From: Octopus sinensis
Taxonomy: Eukaryota
Length of the DNA stretch: 64,000 bases
Assembly: GCF_006345805.1 (NCBI RefSeq)
Contig: NC_042997.1
Coordinates: 202,368,001-202,432,000 of the forward strand
Reading direction: 5' to 3'
Position numbers and translations under genes: made by a program. Positions 1-11,515 of the stretch are shown in pieces. The notes under the pieces are model-generated. The model saw only the letters and a list, made by a program, of their open reading frames with translations, was not told the DNA's origin and made no database searches. Positions within the stretch are counted from its first letter, which is position 1. Every line of letters begins with the position of its first letter.

Positions 1-296
1 CCTCCCTTTATACTTTAACCTCCCAACATTTAGCATAAAGCTGCCCTCCACTCTGCCAAAGAGGTTCTTTAATCTTTCGAGTTAATCTGGCAATCTCACT
101 AGTGATGGTGCCATGCAAAAAAGTATTCGGTACACTCTATAAAGTGGTTGGCATTTAGAGGTCATTCAGTTGCAGAAATCATGCACAAACTAAGATGTGG
201 TTCTCTGACCCATTGGATCCAGTCAGAATGTTTAACCCATGCCACAATGGAAAGCAGAGGTAAAAATGGTTATGTTGAGGTGTCTTATTCTTCAAG

Positions 297-810
297 TAAC
301 CACATCATCATCATTGTTCCACCGTGGTCGAGACAATGGAATTTACTATGTTATGCCAGACTTCACGGTCCATCATAGCATTACAGAGGTCCTGTTGCTG
401 GATGCCTGTATCCCTGGAGATTACATCAGGGTAGGAGAGTGTGTGCCCTCTGGTATCGCGAGCAGATGGCTTCCAGAGGAGAAAAGTAGAAATTACCTCG
501 TTTTCAGCTCTAAAACAATGTCCAGCAAACTGGACTCTTCTACTTTTCACAAGAAATGATACAGGTGGTAATTTCCCATATATTTGTACTTTGGGTGGAT
601 GACGCTTCCACGAGAGATTTTGAGCTCTCATATGGAGGCGAGTGTAAATTCCATCCAACCACCATTCAAGCTTCTTTGATAACATCCAGGTTTCTGAGCC
701 ATATAGTAGAATTGGTTCGACTGTGGCTTTGAAGATTTTAAGTTTGAAATCTCTACTTAGATTTGATGACCAGATCTTATGCATATCATTACAGGCTGAC
801 CAGTAACCAC
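297..810 (-). mobile_element. 5'-truncated RTE-clade LINE, 3' end of RT ORF with (TGA)n tail
   Basis: ORF 311..823 (KATVEPILLYGSETW...RRVQFAGHC...DREVW), followed on the minus strand by TGATGATG. Homologous copy at about 61449-61796. Confidence 0.85.
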
Positions 811-1371
811 AATCAGCATGCACCCTGCAATGTTACCTAAGAATCTCTGTCTGCTATTACCTTGTCCACTGCTTGTAGACATTCTCCAGCAAACCTGGTG
901 TGTTGTATAAGAACAATAATGATAATGGTGATGATGATGACACTCACTGACAATGATGAAAATAATGCAACTGCTGCTACTGATGGTAATGATGTTGAGG
1001 ATTATGATGATGATGCTGACATTGAAATAAATATATTTAAACTACTGTCATTAACAATGCTCAGAAATCATTGTTGAATCAACTCCACTGAAAACATTAC
1101 AAAATACATAAATACATTTATTCATAAATTGCATTGAAATATTTAAATTGAATCAATTCTTTGCTACACATTTTTAACGACGTCAGGAAAATGACAAATG
1201 AAAGAATGTCAACCACCTCGTTATATAATATGCAAATGAGAGTAATTCTAATTTTCCCTCGTTTGTTTAGACTTGGTTGAATAAAAAGCTATTGGCAGTA
1301 ATGAAAACTGTTGTCTTAGAATATTATTGGGATAAACGGAGAAAACAAAGTTGAATGAAAGAAAGGACAGT

Positions 1372-1498
1372 ATATTTGCTCGATGAATTACAATGTTTTT
1401 AAGGGCCAAAGAAATATTTGCTCGATCAATTACAATGTTTTTAAGGGCCAAAGAAATATTTGCTCGATCAATTACAATGTTTTTAAGGGCCAAAGAAA
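1372..1498. repeat. 3 x 42-bp tandem repeat
   Basis: Unit atatttgctcgatcaattacaatgtttttaagggccaaagaa at 1372, 1414, 1456. Confidence 0.9.
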
Positions 1499-2140
1499 GG
1501 TGAAATTTTACAATAGGTTGTGCCAAATGCTCATTCACTTATCCTTCTCCTCATCAAGATCCTCATCATCAATTAACATCTATATTCCTTTCTGGTATGG
1601 GTTGGATGGTTTGACAAGGATCCAATGGGTCCAATGATGGCATCATGCTCTAGTGTCTGCTTTGCTAGGGTTTCTATGGGTGCATGTTCTTCCTAATACT
1701 AACAACTTTACAATATGTTTGTTTGTTCCTTCTCAAGCCACACCTGGCTCATAGGGCCGGTTTCCTGGTTTCCTTGGTGAATAGGTTCCCCAACTGGACG
1801 GGACGCCAATCCATTGCAGGTGAGCTGCAAGATGCAGGAGGAAAGTGTGAGAGAAAGTTGTGGCGAAAGAGTCAGCAGAAGTTCGCCATTACCTTCTGCC
1901 GGAGCCATGCGGAGCTTAGGTGTTTCGCTCATAAACACACACATTGCCTGGTTTGAGATTCAAACCCATGAGTCCGCTGCTCTAACCACTAAGCCATGTG
2001 CCTCCACCTTACAATATGTACTGGGTGTTTTTTCCATCTCACTAGCACTAGTGAGGTTGCATGCAGCTTACAAGACTATGAAGCCCAAGGCAGGTTGTGG
2101 GTGGGTGAACAGCTTTATTCTACGAGATGAGGGGTTAAAG

Positions 2141-2308
2141 CAGGACTCTCCAAAGTGGTCAATGGGACTATTCAAGGGGTTGATAAATGCACATCTACTT
2201 AATTATTATTATTATTATTTATTTATTTTCTTATACATGCCTGGGGTCAATGAGGGGTCAAGGATTCCATGAAGGGGGTCGATAGTCTAAAAAGTTTGGG
2301 GACCCCAG
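2141..2308. mobile_element. hAT-type MITE
   Basis: Imperfect TIRs (caggactctccaaag / aagtttggggaccccag) flanked by an identical 8-bp TSD GGTTAAAG at 2133-2140 and 2309-2316. Confidence 0.75.
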
Positions 2309-3465
2309 GGTTAAAGTATGAGATGGTTGGAGGTGCAGGTTTTTGATGTAAAGAATATATATGGCTACTCATATTTAGATGAGTGGCTGAGCATGTTCGG
2401 TAGATGTCCAGGTGGCTCCTCAAGGCACGAGGTGAGTAGAAGCGAGTGAGGGAAGAGAAGTGAGGAGTGTGGTGAGTGGAGGGTTTGCAAATAGTGTATG
2501 GAGGAGTAAAAGATGGAGAAACGGGGTGGGTAGGTAACAACTATAAATATTTATTTCTTTATTACCCACAGGGAGCTAAACATAGAGGGGAACAAACAAG
2601 GACAGACAAAGAGATAAAGTCGATTACATTTACCCCAGTGCATAACTGGTACTTATTTAATCGACCCCGAAAGGATGAAAGGCAAAGTCGACCTCAACAG
2701 AATTTGGACAACTGTAAATATTGGATAGGGTTTAAGGGTGGATGTAGGGAGTAAGGGATAGGGGATGATCATTGATGCATGAGTTAGGTAAGTAGAGGAG
2801 GGTAAAGGGTGAGTTTAAGAATTAATTTCAAGTTCCATGCTTTGAATTCTTTACTTGTTTCTGTCATTGGACTATGGTCATACTGGAGCACCACTTTCGA
2901 AAGTTTACTTGATTATATGATCGTTTTCAGGTTTGCTACTATTTTCATCATTCCCTATTTGCCAAACCACTAAATTGTGGGATACATAACAAAGGGCACT
3001 AGCTGTCATTTAATGTCAGCCCTGGGCCAATCAAAGCCTTGTGAGTGGATTTAACTGATGGAAACTGAAAAAAGCCTGTTGTATACACACACACAAAAGT
3101 GAGACATATGTCTGTGTGTATGTATGTGTGTGTATATATCTATATATATGTGTGTGTATGTATGTATATATATATATATATATTCATGCATGTATGTTTT
3201 TGTCTTTGTCTTGGCATTGTGTGGTAGTTGTAAATGAGTATCACTGTCATACAAGCAGTATCATTCACATCCAGTCTTCCATGTAAAACAGGTGAGGGTT
3301 GGCAACAGAGAAGGCATCAGCTGTAAAAAATCTGCATCAATAAATTTCGTCCAACTCATACAGTTACGAAAAAGTGGATGTTAATGTGATATGTGTGTGT
3401 GTGTGTGCATATATCATCATCATTGTTTTGTTTACTTGCCATGCTGGTATATATGTATATGTATG

Positions 3466-3507
<42 letters not shown>

Positions 3508-4007
3508 CGTATGTTGGGCCTCATGGAAGCAAAGTGGCTGCACTCCTTTCGAATGATGGTCCTCATGGAGGCAGTGACCAAGATCTTTGGCATTATGTCG
3601 GGCCGGAAGAAGAAAACCCATCAAGCCTAGCAAAATTGCAGTCATGGCAGATACTGGCACCATGCAAATGGCACCAATGCCGGTAGCATGTAAAAGCACC
3701 CATTACACTCTTGGAGTAGTTGGCATTAGGAAGGGCATCCATCTGTAGAAAACCATGCCAAATCAGACTGGATCCTGGTGCAGCCTTCCAGTGTACCAGT
3801 CCAGTCAAACCATCTAACCCATGCCAGCATGGACAACGGACGTTTGATGATGATGATGATGATGATGATATATATATATATATAAAATGAATTGATTGCA
3901 TCACAATCCTTAACATTTATGTATTAACTTTGTTGGGTACTTCACTAGCAATATATTGGATATATGTTATCCCATGGAGGGTTGCATTTACAACCCCTAT
4001 CTCAATT

Positions 4008-4072
<65 letters not shown>

Positions 4073-4502
4073 TGTGTGTGTGTGTGTTATATAAATGAAG
4101 AAGAGTGTGTTGCTTTTTCTTTTTTAATGTCATGTTAAACTTTACTTATATGTGCAGCTTTAAAATACAATTTGAATTTCTATTTTGTTACTGTTGGTTC
4201 TATTTTCAACAAAACCATTTACATTCTCAGCAAACTCCATGAAGTTTTACTTGTATGGCAGGTACATTTACAGACTGGTCTATCTTAATTAGGTTTGTCT
4301 GCTTGTCCAGTGCAGTTTAGAATGTCACGAGTAGACAGTTCAAATGTCTCTCCAAAAATCATTGATATAACAACAATCTATCACAAGTGCTCTGATTAAG
4401 TGCACCAGACTTAATCCTCAGCGCCATTCAAAGATGGTTGTTGTCAGAGTGAGTCAGTTGTATTTTGGAGGAAGGGGTGGGGTTTTAAAAGAATAACAAA
4501 AG

Positions 4503-4538
<36 letters not shown>

Positions 4539-4911
4539 TGAGGAAAAGTTGGCAACAAATTCCTAGTGAAAGATGTGCTTTTGAATGTCACCATTTATCA
4601 AGTTTGGCGGCAATATCAATAGAAGAGAAATTTAAGCAGGATGACATAGCATTTTCTGGTTTGTATTCTATGAAGGAAGTTCAGATGACTTGAAAGGTGT
4701 TATATTTTCCTTTTCACTTGTCTAAACTGAAAAAGAGAGCTTTGTTAAAGTCAGCCATGTTCCATATTACAGAACTGAATGTTAGCAGAAGTGTTCGATA
4801 TTGTGCAACAGATGCAGTCATAGCTGTGTGGTTAAGAAGTTCGCCTGACAACTATGTGGTTTCAGGTTCAGTCCCACTGTGTAGCTCTTGGACACGTATT
4901 TTCTACTATAG

Positions 4912-5327
4912 CTATTTCTTTACTACCCACAAGGGGCTAAACATAGAGGGGATAAACAAGGACAGACAAAGGGATTAAGTCGATTACATCGACCTCAGTA
5001 CATAACTGGTACTTAATTTATCGACCCCAAAAGGATGAAAGGCAAAGTCAACTTCGGCGGAATTTGAACTCAGAACGTAACAGTAGACGAAATACCTATT
5101 TCTTTACTACCCACAAGGGGTTAAACACAGAGGAGACAAACAAGGACAGACAAAGGGATTAAGTCAATTACATCGACCCCAGTGCGTAACTGGTACTTAA
5201 TTTATCAACCCCGAAAGGATGAGAGGCAAAGTCGACCTCGGCAGAATTTGAACTCAGAACGTAATGGCAGACAAAATACAGCTACGCATTTCGCCCGGTG
5301 TGCTAACGTTTCTGCCAGCTTGCCACC
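4912..5327 (-). mobile_element. Dimeric SINE (family 'D', ggYggcRagctggcagaaacgttagcac head) inserted in a family 'C' SINE
   Basis: 13-bp TSD TTTTCTACTATAG at 4899-4911 and 5328-5340. The host SINE is continuous across the insertion. Confidence 0.85.
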
Positions 5328-6061
5328 TTTTCTACTATAGCTCTGGGCTGCCCAAAGCCTTGTGAATAAATGTAATTGATGAAAACTGAAAGAAGCCTGT
5401 TTTGTGTGTATATACCGTATCGTTTATCTTTTACTTGTCTCAATCATTGGATTGTGGCCATGCTGGGGCACTGCCTTGAAATTTTAGTCAAATGAATCTC
5501 AGTACTTTTCCTTTTCAAACCTTAGTACTTATTCTATCAGTCTCTTTTGCTGAAATGCTAAATTATTGTTGTAAAGCGATCTTTTGTCACTTTTGATGAC
5601 AGTTGTCGCTCTGACAGATATTGTTTTATTCAAAAGTCATCCATAGAATGGTTCTGTCTGGCACTGTATGACACCCCCACTAATACAGTGTTATTATCCT
5701 GAAAAGGTTGGATCATTATAATATCCAGCTCAGTATCACAGTCTGATCACTATATCAGCACACACACACACACACACACACACGCACATGACTATCAACA
5801 CAGTCTACATGTACTCTCGACCTTTTGACCTTCTTTTTCCTTCTCCTCTGTCAACCAGCTGCTGGTTTATTTTTAATGGCTGGCTATTCCACTTTTTACT
5901 GGGAGGGGTGTACATTTTCACTGTACAATGGTTATGGGGACATAAACAAACCAACACCGGTTGTCAAGTGATGGTGGGGGACAAACACAGATACAAAGGC
6001 ACACTCAAACTAATATATAACTATCTTTCTCTCTCTCTCCCTCCCTCCCTCTCTCTCTCTC

Positions 6062-6118
<57 letters not shown>

Positions 6119-6199
6119 GTGGTGGTTGTCTACTCCTTATGCAAAGTTTGACCACCACCTGTACCTACACCTTAGAACCATCATGGCATCTGATGTGGC

Positions 6200-6555
6200 T
6201 TTTTAAGCAAGACAATGTTTTTGAAAAGACACCCACATAGATTGCATATCCGATTTGGACCACCAAGAGCTGCAGTTAAGTTCTTATCTTTGTGGATCTT
6301 AAAATGTCTTTGGGGGCCCTCCGTTAGATTTGCAGACCTTCTGGCATACATTGTATTGAAAGATGTGCACGGACATATAAGCAGAATAGTTGGTGGAAAT
6401 TCATTTTCTGTGCGTTTGCAAACGAGATTTGAGCCCAGGAAAAGAAAGGCATGGTCTGTCACAAACGGTGCACACAAAAAGGTCATTGTGATTCACCTTC
6501 TTGATTGTAACATTCTTCTTTAAATCTCTCCTGAGTTTTGCATGCATTATCCTGG
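6200..6555 (-). mobile_element. RTE-like LINE 3' fragment with C-terminal zinc-finger remnant
   Basis: Minus-strand peptide FVCTVCDRPCLSFPGLKSRLQTHRK* resembles the CxxCxRxCxSxxGLxSHxRxH tail of RTE ORFs. Boundaries approximate. Confidence 0.5.
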
Positions 6556-6578
6556 ACAATATATATATATATATATAT

Positions 6579-6811
6579 AAGTTCAGCAAAATTTAGATTC
6601 AGGTGAATATAGTACTTAAGTTAGAGGCACCAGAATTTTGTATGGTATTATCCATATAAATCAAATGGGGTGATTATAATCAAAATAAGCAACAAGGATA
6701 TCCAAGGTAGAGTGGCACAATTGTTTCATGCTACTTCATTTTATTAATAAAAATGAAGTAGCATGAAACAATTGTACTACTCTACCTTGGATATCTTTGT
6801 TGCTTATTTTG

Positions 6812-6845
<34 letters not shown>

Positions 6846-7075
6846 TTCAGCAAAATTTAGATTCAGGTGAATATAGTACTTAAGTTAGAGGCACCAGAAT
6901 TTTGTATGGTATTATCCATATAAATCAAATGGGGTGATTATAATCAAAATAAGCAACAAGGATATCCAAGGTAGAGTGGCACAATTGTTTCATGCTACTT
7001 CATTTTATTAATAAAAATGAAGTAGCATGAAACAATTGTACTACTCTACCTTGGATATCTTTGTTGCTTATTTTG

Positions 7076-7080
<5 letters not shown>
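6579..7080. repeat. Direct duplication (period 264 bp) of a unit containing a ~140-bp palindrome, bounded by (AT)n
   Basis: Copies start at 6579 and 6843 and look identical; each has arms ataatcaaaataagcaacaa...cattttatt / aataaaaatg...ttgttgcttattttgattat. Confidence 0.9.
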
Positions 7081-7109
<29 letters not shown>

Positions 7110-7407
7110 GAGTGGTTGGTGTTAGGAAGGGCATACAGCTGTAGAAACTCTGTCAGATAAGATTGGAGCCTGGTGCTGCCATCTGACTCACCAGTCCCCA
7201 GTCAAACCATCCAACCCATGCCAGAATGGAAAGCAGACGTTAAACGATGATATAGTGTAGGTATCAGTTAGAGGAGTTTAATACCTCTAAGGGATAAGTA
7301 AATCCAACGTCACTCCTAGTTATTACCTGGGTAGGTACAGTCTTTTGTAAGATTCTACAGTAGTAGGTGGTTCAGTGGGGTAGACCATAGTTTAGGTTAT
7401 ATAGGAG

Positions 7408-7826
7408 AAGAAAATGGATGTAATAACAAGGGGAAACTCGTGGTTTTCGCTGGTATGCCTTTAATTTAATTAGATAACAAATAAGGAAGAAGGTAGCATT
7501 TACGATTATTTCAATTTACTAGTTTTAGAAAATCTCTTCAGAATGCGAAAAATAGATGGATACATTGGTTAGGATGCGAAAATAATTTATACATATGTGA
7601 TGGTAATAGAAGCAAAGTTAGTAAGTCTTACATTAAATTTTGTTCTTGCACTGCTAATTTCACTGGGGAGAGGTTTCATTGTAATAGATTGGTTAGTTTC
7701 GTTGGGCAATTAGAGCAGGGTGAATATTATTTTGGTGTGTGGTTCATTCTTCTTCATTATCTAATTAAATTAAAGGCATACCAGTGAAAACGACGAGTTT
7801 CCCCTTGTTATTACATCCATTTTCTT
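7408..7826. mobile_element. Inverted-repeat element (70-bp arms) with hammerhead in spacer; PLE-pLTR-like
   Basis: Arms 7408-7477 and 7757-7826 differ at about 2 positions. Confidence 0.7.
7496..7546 (-). ncRNA. Type I hammerhead ribozyme motif
   Basis: GCAUU-CUGAAGA-GAUUU..AAAUU-GAAA-UAAUCG-UA-AAUGC: 5-bp stem I, canonical core, GUA site. Confidence 0.65.
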
Positions 7827-8398
7827 ATCATCATCATCATCATTTAGCGTCCGTTTTCTATGCTAGCATGGGTTGGACGGTTCAACTGGGGTCTGTGAAG
7901 CTGGAAGGCTTCATCAGGCTTAGTCAGATCTGGCAGTGTTTCTACGGTTGGATGCCCTTCCTAATGCCAACCACTCCGTGAGTGTAGTGGGTGCTTTTTA
8001 CGTGCCACCCACACAGGTGCCAGGCGAGGCTGGCAACGGACACGAACGGATGGTGCTTTTACGTGCCACCAACACGGGGGCCAGACAGAGCTGGCAAACG
8101 GCCACGAAACGGATGGTGCTTTTACATGTCACCGGCACGGGGGCCAGGCGAGGCTGGCAACGGACACGAACGGATGGTGCTTTTACGTGCCACCGACACG
8201 GAGGCTAGACGGGGAGGCGCCGGCAACGACCACGATCGGATGGTTCGCTTAACCACAGCTGCAATTCCCACTGATGTTGATCGACCTCAATTTGGTTCTG
8301 CTTTCTGATATATGAATTGATTTGGTTTGATTTTGATTTTGACTGTTCTCACTGGTCTTGCCGGGTTTTCTCACGCACAGCATACTTCCAAAGGTCTC
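7826..8398 (-). mobile_element. RTE LINE 3' end (ORF terminus + VNTR-bearing 3' UTR + (TGA)n tail); long member of repeat family 'E'
   Basis: Minus-strand DLWKYAVREKTRQDQ* at 8396-8349, then UTR with ggtgcttttacgtgcc repeats and tail gcatagaaaacggacgctaaatgatgatg. Confidence 0.7.
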
Positions 8399-8599
8399 AT
8401 ATATATATATATGTATATAGTTCAAATTGGGGTGTCTTACAAGGGAAGACACTCTAAATGAGTTGGGGTGTAGTGTCGAAGGGATGTGACTTTGTGCCAG
8501 ATGATGAGAAGTTAGTTTGATAATAATGAAATTATCGTGTACAGTGCTCAGGTGCACTACAACTCATCAAAAGGTACAATATACAGTATATAGAATTAT

Positions 8600-8870
8600 G
8601 TACAAAAGTCGGGAAAGTGAACAGTGTATGGAGTCATGATATACATGTGTGCATGCATATGGAGGGGTGAATATCAGATATAGTGTTGATAAATTTCACG
8701 AAGCATGGAGGTTTTAAAGGACGCAATGTCTCGGCAACTAACAGCTGATGCAGGTAGTTTGTTCCATGCATCAACAACTCTGAGTGTGAAAAAAATGTTT
8801 CCTAAAGTCATGGGAGCTGTGCTGTTTTCTGACTTATAATTACATCTCCTGAACTTTGGATTTAAAACTG
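8600..8870 (-). mobile_element. CR1-clade LINE 3' fragment
   Basis: Minus-strand HDFRKHFF(T)LRVVDAWNKLPASAVSCRDIASFKTSML matches the CR1 RT C-terminus. Boundaries approximate. Confidence 0.65.
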
Positions 8871-9214
8871 GAATTTATGAAATAATCATTTACAGATATC
8901 TGAAGACTATTGAAGTTTATTATTATTATTATTTGGTTATTTATTATAGAAATGATTCATTTATCTTCCAGCATCGGCATAATTTAGTAAAGCATAACAT
9001 GTTTAATTAAATGAAGCACAAAATTGTAATTTAGCATGTTTCTCTACATCACGACATATACTTATTAATTTAACGGATGCTGTTAATTGCATCATCATGA
9101 TTTCCTGTGGATTTTTCAAAATTAATAAAAATATATGATTTAATTTCTTTTGAATTTTAATTTGTTTTCATTGTTTTAAACATATATAGATTTTGTTTTG
9201 TTTTGTTTTTACAG

Positions 9215-9309
9215 ACAAAAAATTTTCCATCAATGAACAGGGCATGATTACAACTGCTTCCACATCAACTGTATTCCCTGCAGACAGAATTTACACTCTC
9301 AATATTGAG
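9215..9309 (+). CDS. Cadherin exon (first in window; starts phase 1, ends phase 0)
   Basis: Pyrimidine tract + acag acceptor (AG 9213-9214), donor gtaagt at 9310. Encodes (D)KKFSINEQGMITTASTSTVFPADRIYTLNIE, a cadherin F.I...G.I.T segment that continues as VKDSG in the next exon. Confidence 0.8.
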
Positions 9310-9655
9310 GTAAGTTTTGAATCAAATAATTATGTAATATATGTATATATGTGTGGAAGGTATGTGGCCCAGTGGTTAAGGTGTTGCTTTCATGATCACT
9401 AGAGCATAGGTTCGATTCCCAAACTGGATGCATGTCATGTTCTTGAGTAAAACACTTCGTTTCGCATTGCTCCAGTCCACTCTGCTGTAAGTGGATCACC
9501 CTGTGGTGGATTAGCCTTCCGATCAGGAAGAATGTTGGCTTGCTTACCTCACTTTTGAAGGGTGGCATCCTTCAAAAGTCAAAACAATGCAAAGCACATT
9601 GTCAACAGCAGTGTATAACAACATGCAATAGTCTGGTTGATATCATAATATATAT

Positions 9656-9713
<58 letters not shown>

Positions 9714-9906
9714 CATGTGTGTGTGTGTGTATGTTTGCATATATATATAAAATAGTCTGGTTGATATCATGATATATATATATATAGCTTCTAAGCTGAA
9801 GTGAAGACAGCATGTTTTTTGTCTATCTCCTTACCTTCTTGGAGGTTTTAGGTAAAATTATACTAATGTGTCCATCTGTTTTAATTTAATTTAATTCTAT
9901 GTATTT

Positions 9907-9994
9907 ATGCAGCTGAGGATTGCTCTGCATTTAAATTGATGTAATGGTTTCATTGTTCAATTAAATGGAGTCGCTTAAAACGCTCGTACTGCAT
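9907..9994 (+). ncRNA. Degenerate type I hammerhead with long stem II
   Basis: AUGCAG-CUGAGGA ... (U)AAAA-CGCUCG-UA-CUGCAU; 6-bp stem I, G12 lost. Confidence 0.5.
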
Positions 9995-10186
9995 TACCTC
10001 TGGATATCCTGTTGCTTATTTTGGTGTGTCTGTATATATATATATATACATATAGTTGATTCGAGGAAGTCATCTCCTCATTAGGTATTATATAATCCAA
10101 GATATTCCACTGGTTTAATCCCTATCATATAATGCAAAAGTCATTTTGGTGTATGTTCAGGATTATTGAAATTATCAATATTGGAG

Positions 10187-10507
10187 GGAAAACAAGAAGA
10201 AAATGGAGAAGAAATGGACATAGGTAATAATTTATTTGTATGTTACAAAAAGATGACACTTTTAAAAAAAAAACATAACAGTACATATAAATTGACTGAC
10301 AGGTTGAAGGCTCAAAAAATAAATTAAGATAAAATATCTATTTTTATTTTTTATTTTTTATTCTAATTTATTTTTTGAGCTTTCAACCTGTCATTCAATT
10401 TATATGTACTGTTATGTTCTTTAAAAAAAATCCGTCATCTTTTTGTAACATAAATATAAATTATTACTTACATCCATTTCTTCTCTATTTTCTTCTTCTT
10501 GTTTTCC
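10187..10507. repeat. Long foldback (about 140-bp arms, about 37-nt AT-rich loop)
   Basis: ggaaaacaagaag...caaaaaataaatta (10187-10326) is the reverse complement of taatttattttttg...cttcttgttttcc (10364-10507). Confidence 0.85.
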
Positions 10508-10518
10508 ACCCAGTATAT

Positions 10519-11506
10519 TTGCCAGTGCTGCCTGACTGACTCCTGTGCCAGCGGCATGTAAAAAGCACCATTCAAGCATGGTCAAAGCCAGTACCACCTA
10601 ACTAGCGCCTGGGCCAGCGGCATGTAAAAAGCACCATTCAAGCATGGTCAAAGCCAGTGCCACCTAACTAGCGCCTGGGCCAGCGGCATGTAAAAAGCAC
10701 CATTCAAGCATGGTCAAAGCCAGTGCCACCTAACTAGCACCTGGGCCAGCGGCATGTAAAAAGCACCATTCAAGCATGGTCAAAGCCAGTGCCACCTAAC
10801 TAGCGCCTGGGCCAGCGGCATGTAAAAAGCACCATTCAAGCATGGTCAAAGCCAGTGCCACCTAACTAGCGCCTGGGCCAGCGGCATGTAAAAAGCACCA
10901 TTCAAGCATGGTCAAAGCCAGTGCCACCTAACTAGCGCCTGGGCCAGCGGCATGTAAAAAGCACCATTCAAGCATGGTCAAAGCCAGTGCCACCTAACTA
11001 GCGCCTGGGCCAGCGGCATGTAAAAAGCACCATTCAAGCATGGTCAAAGCCAGTGCCACCTAACTAGCGCCTGGGCCAGCGGCATGTAAAAAGCACTATA
11101 CAAGCATGGTCAAACCCAGTGCCACCTAACTAGCGCCTGGGCCAGCGGCATGTAAAAAGCACTATACAAGCATGGTCAAAGCCAGTGCCACCTAACTAGC
11201 ACCTGGGCTAGTGGCATGTAAAAGGCACCATTCAAGCATGGTCGAAGCCAGTGCAGCCTGACTAGCGCCTGTGCCAGTGGCATGTAAAAGGCACCATTCA
11301 AGCATGGTCGAAGCCAGTGCCACCTGACTAGCGCCTGTGCCATAGACATGTAAAAGGCACCATTCAAGCATGGTTGAAGCCAGTGCCGCCTGACTAGTGC
11401 CTGTGCCAGTGGCATGTAAAAGGCACCATTCAAGCATGGTCGAAGCCAGTGCCACCTGACTAGCGCCTGTGCCATAGACATGTAAAAAGCACCCACTACA
11501 CTCTCC
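10519..11506 (+). repeat. 15 x 66-bp tandem array, expanded VNTR of the family 'E' (RTE 3' UTR) repeat
   Basis: catgtaaaa recurs every 66 bp from 10555 to 11479; the array runs into aaaagcacccactacactctc, the family E body. Confidence 0.92.
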
Positions 11507-11515
11507 ATTTGCTTT

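Noticed and set aside
4390-4425. Minus-strand CUGAGGA followed by a hairpin
   Set aside because: The hairpin consumes the core GA and no GAAA follows.
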